Below, one piece after another: positions 45,301 through 54,366 of a stretch of DNA of 64,000 bases. Source of the stretch: a bacterium (lineage in GTDB: Bacteria; Chloroflexota; Dormibacteria; Aeolococcales; Bog-877); contig JAKABB010000003.1 of assembly GCA_021802045.1 (NCBI GenBank), forward strand, positions 2,630-66,629, written 5' to 3'. Positions within the stretch are counted from its first letter, which is position 1; every line of letters begins with the position of its first letter. The notes beneath the pieces were generated by a model. That model was not told where the DNA came from. It saw only the letters and a program-made list of their open reading frames with translations, and ran no database searches. The position numbers and the translations under genes are program-made.

Positions 45301-45344
45301 GCCACGGCGCCGGCCACGCTCAGCCGCCCAGCCCATGCATGCAT
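42321..45344 (-). CDS. Large secreted multidomain protein with a signal peptide, a ~500-aa propeller-like domain, an IPT/TIG domain and three tandem ~120-aa repeats
   Basis: The signal peptide is MHAWAGRLSVAGAVALALTTTALGPAVAARA. The N-terminal domain carries FRWGDYSGAAIDP-type motifs. The IPT/TIG segment reads PTVTGVTPGSGSTAGGAQVTVTGTDF..SVSFGG..A (residues ~543-617). The three C-terminal repeats are described as a separate feature. Confidence 0.8.
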   Translation of the reverse strand: MHAWAGRLSVAGAVALALTTTALGPAVAARANTVPGSVTRPVASWATRVRGLGEMIQAPAAGAAPRLLRPLPLLTTRRSTAVSAPASAGGSPRLVPAGSTGPRALTGSTPTAVEILTKFAGISNAAQYSAMGVATEPPDTQLAAGPTQLLEAVNDTVAVYSKGGTLLAHTGLATFFGIGGGFQPTDPRALYDAGSGRWFMSTLSFDPSTSQSQVYLAVSTSSDASAGWTVYRVGGLQPVIADQPKVGVDSSVVAISANDFNGSRNFTGAQTWVLQKSEVVSGSSSVAVDAFPANPGQFGLVPVQALGALSTEYLVASTPTGSALQVVAVTGTPAAGDVTMRQWTRAVSEMAPPPLAAQPGGGPALNTDDNRLLEALWRGGVLWTAGNEACVPSGQTTQQACLRVMSVAVSPGVSPAIGTDVNIGQTGTDLYYPAFGLDSAGSLLMTYGFSSLNPATYPSVGSLAFDPATGQIIGGPTLAAGPVGYQEQAGQSSFRWGDYSGAAIDPGTPSDVWVAGEVTTNQGVGSSGTLWNWGTEIARLTASAPTVTGVTPGSGSTAGGAQVTVTGTDFVAGATSVSFGGSAAPAVAVQSPTRLTATVPAHAAGPVLVTATTATGTSDQAYDQYIYLSNAAGEAYTALAPYRILDTRQSSALPPGGSVTLQVTGTGTGSDAVPAGAVVAVLNVTVTQGSQAGVLTVYPGGSASPPTSNLNWAKGQTVPNLVTVPLSPGGTVGITDHSAGSVDVVVDVEGYYAAPTSGAGQYAGLVPARILDTRNGTGGITGPIAGGQTIALQVTGRGGVPASGVAAVVMNVTVTQTTRSGFLTAYPTGEARPTASNVNWVKGETVANRVMVPVGSGGQVTLYNSYGDTQIVVDVNGYFTDGSVTPGTDGLLVPLAPHRLLDTRLTGQTLGPGQVLTVPVAGLAGVPSSGASAVVMNVTVTDTTTAGFLTVYPAGTAARPTASDVNWVKGKTVPNMTVATLGAAGAIDVYNSYGRTDVVIDVVGWFS
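42324..43439 (-). repeat. Three tandem in-frame coding repeats (~117-120 aa each) inside the secreted protein
   Basis: The repeat units are residues 636-752, 762-880 and 891-1007. They share the pattern P.R(I/L)LDTR ... L.V.G ..GVP..(G)A.AVV(M/L)NVTVT....GFLT.YP.G...P..S(N/D)(V/L)NW.KG.TV.N......G..G.......G...VV(I/V)DV.G(Y/W)(F/Y). DNA-level similarity is visible, for example cacggtSacgttcatcaccac in two units. Confidence 0.8.
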
Positions 45345-45434
45345 CGCCTGCAGCCTACCGTGCCCGCGACGCGGTGGGCCGCGCTCGAGGTGACGATCCG
45401 CTGACCACCGCGCCGACGACCGCCCCGCTCGGGG

Positions 45435-46793
45435 CTAGGACCTGCTGCCCCGGAGCCCTCCACCGCCACGGGCGGCGCTGTTGAGGTCGTCGCGGTACTC
45501 GTGCGCCGGCTGGATCAGCGCCCCCTCCGCGAAGCGCTCCGGGCGGAAGGGCGCCAGGTCCACCGTCGTGGCCCGGCCGTCACCGACCAGCTCCGCCACC
45601 GTCAACCCCACCGCGGGCGAGATCTTGAAGCCCATCCCCGAGAAGCCCGCCACCACCAGGCAGCCCGACACCGTGGGCACCGGGCCGATGAGGGGGCGCG
45701 TGTCCGGGGTCATGTCGTAGACGCCGGTCACGCTGCGGGCGATGCCGCCCTCGGCCAGGCTGGGGACCCGCCGGCTGGCGGCCGCCACCAGCTCTGCCAG
45801 CTCGGAGTCCGGCGCTCGCTGGGGGAAGGCGTCCGGATCAGCGCCGCGAGGCCCGTAGAAGCTGCCCACCAGCGTGGTCCCGGCGACATCCGGGCGGAAG
45901 TAGGTGTGGGTGACGGAGTCGATGCAGGAGAGCTGCTCGGCGCCGCCGGTGCCGCCGCGGCGCACGATGGCCACGGCGTGCAGCTCGGTGTCGATGGGCG
46001 GGTCCCACCCCACCGTCCGCAGCAGGGGACGGCTCCAGACCCCGGTGGCGCAGATGACCAGCGACGCCTCGATCGGCCCCGCCTGGGTGGTCACCCCCAC
46101 CACTTTGTCCCCCTGCCGCCGCAGGTCCAGCACGCGCGTGCCCGGACGGTACGTGACCCCGAGCTCCCGGGCCCGGGCGAGGAAGTCGGCCGCCACCTGC
46201 CCGCCGCTCCCGTACCCGGCCTCCGGCTCGTACGCGGCCAGGGGGACATCGTCCACGTCCCAACCGGGGGCCAGGCCTGCCAGGGTGTCGTGGTCGATCA
46301 GCTCCACCACCGCCCCGCAACGGCGCTGCATAGCGACGTTGGCCCGCAGCGCCTCGAGCTCGTCGGGGTCGACGATGCGCACGAACGGCACCGGGCGGAA
46401 GACCGGCAGGGCACCCATGACCTCGGGCCAGGCGCGAAAGGCCCGCAGGCTGTGCACCGCCAGCTCGACCTCGCCCGGGAACGTGTAGTGCATGCGGATC
46501 AGCGCCGACGACCGCCCGCTCATACCCTCGCCCACCGACCCCTGGTCGCACAGGACGATGCGGCCGAGACCGCGCCGGGCCAGGTGGTAGGCGATGGCGG
46601 TCCCGATCACCCCGGCGCCGACGATGCAGATGTCAGCCCCGTCGGCCCGGACGGCGCCACCACCCGCCGACCACCCCTCCGCGGCGCCGCCGCGCGCCTC
46701 GTCCACAACACCCTCCACGCCGACCGGGCGCTCCCCAGCCCTGTGCCGGTGAGGATAGCTGAACCGGCCCCGGGCCCGGCGCGGCCCTACCAT
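45435..46793 (-). CDS. FAD-dependent oxidoreductase (DAO / sarcosine-oxidase-beta-like)
   Basis: The dinucleotide-binding motif is DICIVGAGVIGTAIAYHLARRG, and the general DAO-family layout follows. The start is uncertain. Candidates are ATG 46793, GTG 46718 and GTG 46706. Confidence 0.8.
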   Translation of the reverse strand: MVGPRRARGRFSYPHRHRAGERPVGVEGVVDEARGGAAEGWSAGGGAVRADGADICIVGAGVIGTAIAYHLARRGLGRIVLCDQGSVGEGMSGRSSALIRMHYTFPGEVELAVHSLRAFRAWPEVMGALPVFRPVPFVRIVDPDELEALRANVAMQRRCGAVVELIDHDTLAGLAPGWDVDDVPLAAYEPEAGYGSGGQVAADFLARARELGVTYRPGTRVLDLRRQGDKVVGVTTQAGPIEASLVICATGVWSRPLLRTVGWDPPIDTELHAVAIVRRGGTGGAEQLSCIDSVTHTYFRPDVAGTTLVGSFYGPRGADPDAFPQRAPDSELAELVAAASRRVPSLAEGGIARSVTGVYDMTPDTRPLIGPVPTVSGCLVVAGFSGMGFKISPAVGLTVAELVGDGRATTVDLAPFRPERFAEGALIQPAHEYRDDLNSAARGGGGLRGSRS

Positions 46794-46896
46794 GGCTGGC
46801 AGCGGATCCGGCCTCCGGGAGCGCGCCGGCCAGGGGCGGCGCCACTGGAGCGGCCCGTGACCCCGTCGGCGGTCGCAGAGCTATGGAGGGCGGGCG

Positions 46897-48561
46897 GTGG
46901 CGAACACCTATGACTCGATCATCGTCGGCGGCGGCCACAACGGTCTGGTCTGCGCGGCCTACCTGGCCCGGGCCGGCCAGCGGGTGGCGGTCCTGGAGCG
47001 GCGTCCCCGCGTCGGCGGCGCCGCGGTCACCGAGGAGGTGTGGCCGGGCTACAGGGTCTCGGTCCTCTCCTACGTCGTCAGCCTCCTGCGCCCCGACATC
47101 GTCCGCGACCTCGACCTCCCCCGCTTCGGCTACGCCGTGTACCCCCTCGACCCCGCCTATTTCACGCCCTTTCCCGACGGCCGCAGCCTCTTCGTCTGGG
47201 AGGACCCCCAGCGGGCGGCCGCTGAGATCGCCCGGTTCTCGCCGCACGATGCCGCCGCCTACCTGGAGTACGACCGCAGCCTGACCAGCCTGGTGGCGGT
47301 GGTCCGGCCGCTGCTCGACGCGATCCCGCCAACGGTGCGACTGCGCTCCCTCGACGACCTGCGGCACGCGCTGTCGCTGGGCGGCCATCTGGTCCGGCAC
47401 CGCCGCGACCTGTCGCGCCTGGTCGACGCCATGACCCTGCCGGTGGCGGACTTCCTCGACGAGTGGTTCCAGGACCCGGCCATCAAGGGGGCGCTGTGCC
47501 CCGGCGGGGTCATCGGCGCCTGGGCTGGGCCCCACTCCCCTGGGACCGCGTACGTCCTGCTGCACCACCGGATGGGTGAAGTCGGCGCCCAGCGCGGCGG
47601 GTGGGCCTTCGTCCGCGGCGGCATGGGCGGTCTCTCCGAGGCCATCGCCGCCGCCGCCCGGGCCCATGGAGCGGAGATCCGCACCGAGGCGCCGGTGGCC
47701 CGCGTCCTGGTCGAGGCCGGCCAGGCGACCGGCGTGGCCCTGGTCGACGGCACCGAGCTGCGCGCGTCCCAGGTCATCTCCGGGATCCACCCCACGACCA
47801 CCTTCCTGGGGCTGGTGGGCCGGGAGCACCTGCCCGCCGACCTGGTCACCGACATCGAGCGCTACCGGACGCGCAGCGGGGCGGCCAAGGTGAACCTGGC
47901 CCTGGCCGAGCTCCCGGACTTCAGCGCCCGGCCGGGGACCAGCCTGGGCCCGCAGCACCCCGAGATCATGATCAACCCGTCGGTGCCCTATCTGGAGGCG
48001 GCCTGGCGCGAGGCCCAGGCCGGGCACTGGAGCGGCGAGCCGATGATGGACTGTGTCATCCCCACCACCAAGGACCCCACCCTGGCTCCCGAGGGGCGCC
48101 ACATCATGACCTGCTTCGTGCAGTACGCCCCCAACCAGCTGGCGGGCACCGACTGGGACGCCGAGCGCGACCGCTTCGGGGACCGGGTGATCGAGTTGCT
48201 GGGCCAGTACGCACCCAACCTGCCGGGAGCGGTGCTCCACCGCCAGGTCGTGACCCCCCTCGACATGGAGCGGGAGTACGGCCTGCTCGGCGGCAACATC
48301 TTCCACGGGGAGATGTCGCTGGACCAGCTGCTCTCGTTCCGGCCCACCCCCCAGGCCGGGGCCTATCGAACGCCGCTGGCGGGGCTGTACCTGTGTGGGT
48401 CCGGAACCCATCCCGGCGGCGGCGTGATGGGCGCTCCCGGCCGCAACGCCGCTCGGGTGGTCCTCACGGACGCCCGCCGCGCCCAGCGACGGCAGCTGCT
48501 GCGCCGGGCCGGCCCAGGCCCCGCGCGGCCGGCAGCGACCGCGGCGGCGCCGACCCCCTAG
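46897..48561 (+). CDS. Phytoene-desaturase-family (CrtI-like) NAD(P)/FAD-dependent oxidoreductase
   Basis: The N-terminus YDSIIVGGGHNGLVCAAYLARAGQRVAVLERR and the C-terminus LYLCGSGTHPGGGVMGAPG are present in a ~550-aa protein. The GTG start follows a GGAGGG SD. Confidence 0.8.
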   Translation: MANTYDSIIVGGGHNGLVCAAYLARAGQRVAVLERRPRVGGAAVTEEVWPGYRVSVLSYVVSLLRPDIVRDLDLPRFGYAVYPLDPAYFTPFPDGRSLFVWEDPQRAAAEIARFSPHDAAAYLEYDRSLTSLVAVVRPLLDAIPPTVRLRSLDDLRHALSLGGHLVRHRRDLSRLVDAMTLPVADFLDEWFQDPAIKGALCPGGVIGAWAGPHSPGTAYVLLHHRMGEVGAQRGGWAFVRGGMGGLSEAIAAAARAHGAEIRTEAPVARVLVEAGQATGVALVDGTELRASQVISGIHPTTTFLGLVGREHLPADLVTDIERYRTRSGAAKVNLALAELPDFSARPGTSLGPQHPEIMINPSVPYLEAAWREAQAGHWSGEPMMDCVIPTTKDPTLAPEGRHIMTCFVQYAPNQLAGTDWDAERDRFGDRVIELLGQYAPNLPGAVLHRQVVTPLDMEREYGLLGGNIFHGEMSLDQLLSFRPTPQAGAYRTPLAGLYLCGSGTHPGGGVMGAPGRNAARVVLTDARRAQRRQLLRRAGPGPARPAATAAAPTP

Positions 48562-48568
48562 ACGGCGG

Positions 48569-49990
48569 TCAGCTCGGAGCCCCCCCGTCAGGGGCCGGGT
48601 TGTGCCAGCCGCCGGCGGCCGCGACCAGCCGGTCGGCGGCCGCCGGCCCCCAGGTGCCGGGAGCGTATGGCAGGGCCGGCGGGTGCTCGCCGAGCACGGG
48701 GTCGACCACGGCCCAGGCCGCCTCGACCGCGTCCTCCCGAGTGAAGAGGGCGCGGTTGCCGACCAGGGCATCGCCCAGGAGCCGCTCATAGGGGGCCTCC
48801 TCGTCCGGCTGGTCGTCGCTCAGGTACAGCTCCCGCTGATCCCCGACAAAGGCCTCGCCGGCACGCTTGACCCGCGCCGCCAGGGCGATGGCGGGCCCCG
48901 GCGCCACCCGGAAGCGCACGTAGTTGGCCCGCCCAGCCCGGGGCCAGGCGTCGGCGAAGAGACGCTGGGGTGGCCGGCGCAGCTGGACCAGCACCTCGGT
49001 CGCGGTCAGGGGAAGGCACTTGCCCGCGCGCAGGTACCAGGGCACGCCCGCCCAGCGCCAGGAGTCCACGTGCAGTCGGACCGCGCAGTAGGTCTCGACA
49101 TCGGAGTCCGGCGCGACCCCGGGCTCGGCCCGGTACCCCTGGAACTGCCCCCGGACCAGCTCCCGCGAGGTCAGGGGGCGCATGGCCGCGAAGACCTTGG
49201 CCTTCTCGGCCAGCAGCGATGCCACCCCCGCGCCGGCTGGGGCCTCCATGGCCAGCAGCGCCATGATCTGGAAGAGGTGGTTCTGGACCACGTCCCGCAG
49301 GCAGCCGGTGGCGTCGTAGAACTGGCCCCGGCCCTGGACCCCGAAGCTCTCGGCCATCGTGATCTGGACGCTGGCGACGTGGTCACGGGTCCAGACCGGC
49401 TCCAGGAAGGAGTTGGCGAAGCGGAAATAGAGGATGTTCTCGATCGGCTCCTTGCCGAGGAAGTGGTCGATCCGGAAGATGGCCTCCTCCGGGAGCGCGG
49501 CTCCCAGCACCGCGTTGAGGGCCCGGGCCGAGGCCAGGTCGCGCCCGAAGGGCTTCTCCACCACCACCCGCGCCCCCTCGGTGAGCCCCGCCCGCCGCAG
49601 TCCCTCGATCACCGTCGCGAAGAGCGCGGGGGGGATGGCCAGGTAGTGGGTCGGGGCGGCCGCGCCGTCCAGGGCCTGGCGCAGCGCCGCGAAGGTCCTC
49701 GGGTCGGCGTAATCGCCGTCGACGTACCGCAGGCGCCCGAGCAACTGCTCCAGGGCCCGCGGGTCGTCGACGCCACCCGCCAGCTCGATGCCGTCCCGGG
49801 CCCGGTCCCGCAGTTGGGCGAGGCTCCACCCCGAGAACGCCACCCCCACCACCGGGACGCGCAAGCGGCCCCGCTTGGCCATGGCGTAGAGCGCGGGGAA
49901 GATTTGCTTGTGGGCGAGGTCGCCGGTGGCCCCGAAGAAGACCAGGGCGTCCGAGGGCGTGTGCTCGCGGGCGGGGCTGGGGAGGCCCAC
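48569..49990 (-). CDS. zwf: Glucose-6-phosphate 1-dehydrogenase
   Basis: Motifs FFGATGDLAHKQIFPALY, RIDHFLGKE and ILYFRFAN are present. Confidence 0.93.
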   Translation of the reverse strand: MGLPSPAREHTPSDALVFFGATGDLAHKQIFPALYAMAKRGRLRVPVVGVAFSGWSLAQLRDRARDGIELAGGVDDPRALEQLLGRLRYVDGDYADPRTFAALRQALDGAAAPTHYLAIPPALFATVIEGLRRAGLTEGARVVVEKPFGRDLASARALNAVLGAALPEEAIFRIDHFLGKEPIENILYFRFANSFLEPVWTRDHVASVQITMAESFGVQGRGQFYDATGCLRDVVQNHLFQIMALLAMEAPAGAGVASLLAEKAKVFAAMRPLTSRELVRGQFQGYRAEPGVAPDSDVETYCAVRLHVDSWRWAGVPWYLRAGKCLPLTATEVLVQLRRPPQRLFADAWPRAGRANYVRFRVAPGPAIALAARVKRAGEAFVGDQRELYLSDDQPDEEAPYERLLGDALVGNRALFTREDAVEAAWAVVDPVLGEHPPALPYAPGTWGPAAADRLVAAAGGWHNPAPDGGAPS

Positions 49991-49995
49991 CCCGA

Positions 49996-51009
49996 TCAGC
50001 CCTGCCGCTCAGCGTGACCACCGAACTCCTTGCGCATCGCCGAGAGCAGGCGGGCACCGTAGTCACCGTTGCCGCGCGAGCTGAAGCGCGTCGAGAGTGC
50101 CGCGGTGATCACCGGGGCCGGAACCCCCTCGTCCACCGCCGCCAGCGCCGTCCACCGCCCCTCCCCCGAGTCCGACACCCGGCCGGAGAAGCCGGCCAGG
50201 GAGGGGTCCTGGACCAGGGCCGCAGCCGTCAGGTCCAGAAGCCAGGACGCCACCACGCTCCCCCGGCGCCAGACCTCGGCCACCTCCTTGACATCGATCT
50301 GGAACTGGTAGTACTGGGGGTCCCGCAGCGGGGTGGTCTCCGCGTCCACCTCCGCCTCGCGCCGGCCGACGCCGGCCTGCTGGATGATGTTGAGCCCCTC
50401 GGCGTAGGCCTCCATCAGGCCGTACTCGATCCCGTTGTGGACCATCTTCACAAAGTGCCCGGCCCCGCTGGGGCCGCAGTGCAGGTACCCCCGCTCGGCC
50501 GCGCTCGGCTCGCCGGAGCGCCCGGGCGTTCGCGGGGCGCTCTCCACCCCGGGGGCGATGCTGCGGAAGAGCGGGTCGAGGTGGCGGACCACCTCCCCCT
50601 CGCCGCCGATCATGAGGCAGTACCCCCGCTCCAGCCCCCAGACCCCGCCACTGGTGCCGCAGTCCACGTAGTGGATGCCCCGCTCCTGGAGGACGCGAGC
50701 GCGGTCGATGTCGTCGCGGTAGTAGCTGTTGCCGCCGTCGATGATGATGTCCCCGGGCTCCATGCGCCGGGCCAGCTCGTCGACGGTGGTCCCGGTCACC
50801 CCCGCCGGCACCATCACCCAGGCCACCCGCGGCCGGGCCAACTGGGCGACGAAGGCATCGAGGGAGGTGGCCCCCGTGGCGCCGTCCGCGACCAGCGCCT
50901 GCACCGCCGCCGGGGTCATGTCGTAGGCGACGCACGTGTGGCCGTCGCGCAGGAGGCGGCGCACGATGTTGGCCCCCATCCGTCCCAGCCCGATCATCCC
51001 GAGTTGCAT
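49996..51009 (-). CDS. gnd: 6-phosphogluconate dehydrogenase, decarboxylating (short YqeC/Gnd-like form)
   Basis: Motifs MQLGMIGLGRMGANI, IDGGNSYY, GTSGGVWG and GAGHFVKMVHNGIEYG are present. I chose the ATG at 51009 after an AGGAGG SD. The stop lies 5 nt before the zwf start. Confidence 0.9.
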   Translation of the reverse strand: MQLGMIGLGRMGANIVRRLLRDGHTCVAYDMTPAAVQALVADGATGATSLDAFVAQLARPRVAWVMVPAGVTGTTVDELARRMEPGDIIIDGGNSYYRDDIDRARVLQERGIHYVDCGTSGGVWGLERGYCLMIGGEGEVVRHLDPLFRSIAPGVESAPRTPGRSGEPSAAERGYLHCGPSGAGHFVKMVHNGIEYGLMEAYAEGLNIIQQAGVGRREAEVDAETTPLRDPQYYQFQIDVKEVAEVWRRGSVVASWLLDLTAAALVQDPSLAGFSGRVSDSGEGRWTALAAVDEGVPAPVITAALSTRFSSRGNGDYGARLLSAMRKEFGGHAERQG

Positions 51010-51310
51010 GGTCCGCCTCCTGATCTCTCCCGGCGCCGCCGGAGGTTGGGCCTGGGCGTGGCGACCGGTCGCCCAGGGGGAACAACGCGACGGCGCCCGC
51101 CGGGAGCCGTGCGGGCTCCGCCCGCCGGCCCCGCCGCTCACCGGACCGCCGCCCCAACATAGCGGTCCGGGCCACCACCGGTGCGCCCGACCGGGGCCGC
51201 CGGGGCCGGGCCCCGCCGGGGGCCGGGGCCCAGGGGACCTTGCATACTCGGCGGCGACACCCCGGGCACGCGGCCCACCGCCGGCGGGACAGCCCACCCA
51301 GGAGGCGACC

Positions 51311-52915
51311 ATGACGGCCCTCTCGAGTTGGTTCCTCACCCCCAAAGAGCGGGGCAACCCCGACACCGAGATCGACGCCGGGCGACCGGACGGCACCGCC
51401 TGGACCCAGGGGAACCTCGTCCGCCCGCTGGTCCACGGGGCCAGCTACTACCGCCGCCTGCGCCAGGTGCTGCTGGCGCTCACCCCAGGGGACCGGGTCC
51501 ACTTCACCGACTGGCGCGGCGACCGCGACGAGCTGCTGGCCCCGGAGGGGCCCGCCGTCGGCGACCTCCTGGCTGAGCTGGCTCACCGGGGGGTCTTGGT
51601 GCGAGGGCTGGTCTGGCGTTCGCATCCCAGCCTGCTGTCGTTCAGCGAGGCCGCCAACCGCCACCTCGGGGCGGAGGTCAACCGCCGGGGCGGCGAGGTG
51701 CTGCTGGACGAGCGGGTCCGGCCGTTCGGGTCGCACCACCAAAAGCTGGTCCTGATCCGCCGACCGGGCCACGGCGACGACGATCGCGCCTTCGTGGGCG
51801 GCATCGACCTCTGCCACAGCCGTCGCGACGATGCCGAGCACCGCGGCGACCCGCAGCCCCAGCCAATGGCCCGGCAGTACGGCCCCCGCCCCCCCTGGCA
51901 CGATCTCCAGTTGGAGGTGCAGGGGCCCGCGGTCGCCGACCTGGAGCTCTGCTTCCGGGAGCGCTGGGCCGACCCGGCCCCCCTGGACCGCCGCACGCCC
52001 TGGCGCGCCGCCCTGGCCCGGCTGGCACGGGAGCCGCGCCATCCCCGCCCCCTTCCCCCGCCCCTGCCGACCCCACTCCCCGCCGGTCCCCACGCGGTCC
52101 AGGTCCTGCGCACCTACCCGCCCCGCCGCCCGACGTACCCGTTCGCCCGCCAGGGCGAACGGAGCATCGCGCGGGCCCTCATCAAGGCGGTCCGGCGCGC
52201 GCGCAGCCTCATCTACGTTGAGGACCAGTACCTGTGGTCGGAGGAGGTGGCCGCAATCCTGGCGGCCCAGCTGCGGCGCGTGCCCACGCTGCAGGTGATC
52301 GCCGTGGTCCCCCGCCTCCCGGACACCGACGGCCCGCTCACCGGTCCGCCCAACCGTATCGGCCAGCTGGTGGCGCTGCACCGGCTCCAGCAGGCGGGTG
52401 GCGAGCGCGTGGGCGTCTTCGACCCGGAGAACCGCCGGGGCTGTCCGGTGTACGTGCACGCCAAGGTCTGCATCATCGACGACGTCTGGGTCGTGAGCGG
52501 CTCCGACAACATGAACCGGCGCTCCTGGACCCATGACTCCGAGCTCTCCTGCGCGGTGCTGGACGCCACCTTGGACCCGCGGCCCCCGACCGACCCCGGG
52601 GGCCAGGGGGACGGCGCCCGCGTCTTCGCCCGTTCCCTGCGCCTCCAGCTCTGGGCCGAGCACCTGGGCCGCGCCCCCGACGACCCCGCCCTGCTCCACC
52701 CGGGGGCCAGCCTGGGCCTGTGGCGGGCCACCGCCGCGTCGGTGGCCGCCTGGCACGCTGGCGGGCGCCGGGGCCCCCACCCCGAGGGACGCATCCTGGT
52801 GCACCATCCGGCCCCGATCCCGTGGGGGTCCGCCTGGTGGGTGCGCCCCCTCTACCGCACCCTCTACGACCCCGACGGCCGTACCGCCCGGGACCGGCGG
52901 GCGCACCGGTTCTGA
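51311..52915 (+). CDS. Phospholipase D-family protein (two HKD motifs)
   Basis: The first HKD motif is SHHQKLVLI..GGIDL. The second is VHAKVCIIDDVWVVSGSDNMNRRS. I chose the start MTALSSWF after a GGAGG SD. Confidence 0.85.
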   Translation: MTALSSWFLTPKERGNPDTEIDAGRPDGTAWTQGNLVRPLVHGASYYRRLRQVLLALTPGDRVHFTDWRGDRDELLAPEGPAVGDLLAELAHRGVLVRGLVWRSHPSLLSFSEAANRHLGAEVNRRGGEVLLDERVRPFGSHHQKLVLIRRPGHGDDDRAFVGGIDLCHSRRDDAEHRGDPQPQPMARQYGPRPPWHDLQLEVQGPAVADLELCFRERWADPAPLDRRTPWRAALARLAREPRHPRPLPPPLPTPLPAGPHAVQVLRTYPPRRPTYPFARQGERSIARALIKAVRRARSLIYVEDQYLWSEEVAAILAAQLRRVPTLQVIAVVPRLPDTDGPLTGPPNRIGQLVALHRLQQAGGERVGVFDPENRRGCPVYVHAKVCIIDDVWVVSGSDNMNRRSWTHDSELSCAVLDATLDPRPPTDPGGQGDGARVFARSLRLQLWAEHLGRAPDDPALLHPGASLGLWRATAASVAAWHAGGRRGPHPEGRILVHHPAPIPWGSAWWVRPLYRTLYDPDGRTARDRRAHRF

Positions 52916-52946
52916 GCGTGGTGGTGGGGGTCCTGGCGCCCGCCGG

Positions 52947-54053
52947 TCAGGTCGCCCGGCCGCCCCGACGCCCCTCCGTCCGGCGCTGGGGCGCCTCGCC
53001 CGCGGGGGTCGGGACCTCAGGGCCGCCGGGCGACCCCAGCACCGCCCGCAGGTGGGGCAGCGCGCCGGGGTGATCGGACTGGAGGAAGGTCACCAGCCGC
53101 TCGCGCACCTCGCACTGCAGCTCCCAGGAGGTGGCACTGTCGCGGGCGCTCATCAGGGCGCGGAGCTGCATCGTCTCCCGCCCCAGGTTGGTCACCTGCA
53201 GGTTCCACACCTTGCCGTCCCAGCGGGGCGAGGCCGACAGCACCTCGTGCAGGTGCTCGCGGATGGCCGCCACCGGCGCTGTGTAGTCGACCTCGATGAA
53301 GACCCAGCCGAGGATGTCGGCGGTGGAACGGGTCCAGTTCTCGAAGGGATTCTCGATGAAGTAGACGATGGGCAGGACCAGCCGGCGCAGGTCCCAGACC
53401 CGGACCACGACATAGGTCAGCGCGATCTGCTCCACCCGGCCCCAGTGCCCCTCGACCACCACCACGTCATCGACCCGGATGGGCTGGCTGATCGCCAGCT
53501 GCACCCCGGCCATGAGGTTGGTCGCGATCGGCTTGGCAGCGATCCCGGCGATGAGCCCGAAGATGCCGGCGGAGGCCAGCAGGCCAGCCCCGATGGCCCG
53601 GACGGCGCCGAAGCTCAGCATCACCACCGCCACCGCCACCACGCTCACCACCACCACCGTCACCCGGCGCAGCACCTGAATCTGGGTGTGGATCTGGCGC
53701 GCCCGGAGGTTGTCGGCCACCTCGAGCTGGAAGTGGCCCAAGATCACGTCGTCGAGGACGTAGGTCAGACGCACCACCAGCCAGGCCACGGCGAAGACCA
53801 GCAGCACCCCCAGCCCGTGCCCCAGGATGGGCCGAGCCGGACGGGGCGTCGGAACGGCGGCGACCGTGAGGGTCAGGACCGCCAGAGGCACGATCAGGCT
53901 GATCGGCGCCCGCACGTTGCGCACCAGGGAGCGACCCAGGGCGTGGCCCGGACCGGCCAGCGTCCGCCGCAGGACCGCGAAGCTGGAGGCATGGACCAGC
54001 AGGCCCAGCGCCAGCCCACCGGCCAGGAGGGCGATGGGGTAGACGGGGGTCAT
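52947..54053 (-). CDS. Mechanosensitive ion channel (MscS family)
   Basis: The pore-helix and beta-domain pattern is present (GLLASAGIFGLIAGIAAKPIATNLMAGVQLAISQPIRVDDVV..G.VE.I). I chose the ATG at 54053 after a GGAGGG SD. The track ORF's upstream 440 codons are not protein-like. Confidence 0.85.
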   Translation of the reverse strand: MTPVYPIALLAGGLALGLLVHASSFAVLRRTLAGPGHALGRSLVRNVRAPISLIVPLAVLTLTVAAVPTPRPARPILGHGLGVLLVFAVAWLVVRLTYVLDDVILGHFQLEVADNLRARQIHTQIQVLRRVTVVVVSVVAVAVVMLSFGAVRAIGAGLLASAGIFGLIAGIAAKPIATNLMAGVQLAISQPIRVDDVVVVEGHWGRVEQIALTYVVVRVWDLRRLVLPIVYFIENPFENWTRSTADILGWVFIEVDYTAPVAAIREHLHEVLSASPRWDGKVWNLQVTNLGRETMQLRALMSARDSATSWELQCEVRERLVTFLQSDHPGALPHLRAVLGSPGGPEVPTPAGEAPQRRTEGRRGGRAT

Positions 54054-54366
54054 GCGGCGCCCTCCAGCATCCGTCGAGTCGAAGGCCCGGACCGGGACCT
54101 GCGGCCGGCCCGGCTCCACCCCCGCCTGAGCCTGCCCGCGGCCCCGGGCCGGCCCCCCCCGGGGCCCACCGCCCCCGACGGGAGCGGATCGCTTCCAGCC
54201 CGCCCCACCGGGGAACCGCGGCACCGACGCCCCTGCGGGCGGCCGCCCCAAGGTAGCAAACTCGGGCCGGGGTGGCGGCCCGGCTCGGCGCCCCCGCCCG
54301 CTGTGGGATCCCCTTGCGTAAAAGCACGCTTGCCCGTGAGGGGACCACCCAGCTTGACTCGCTGGC

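Noticed and set aside
50063-52906. A 947-aa minus-strand ORF, with similar very long antisense ORFs at 46633-48789 (-), 43134-45404 (+), 42058-43809 (-), 31464-32531 (-) and 33219-34412 (-)
   Set aside because: Each lies antisense or out of frame to a gene with strong family motifs (PLD, gnd, the CrtI-like gene, the secreted protein, fabF, fabD). All have Arg/Gly/Pro/Asp-dominated low-complexity translations typical of wrong frames in GC-rich DNA.
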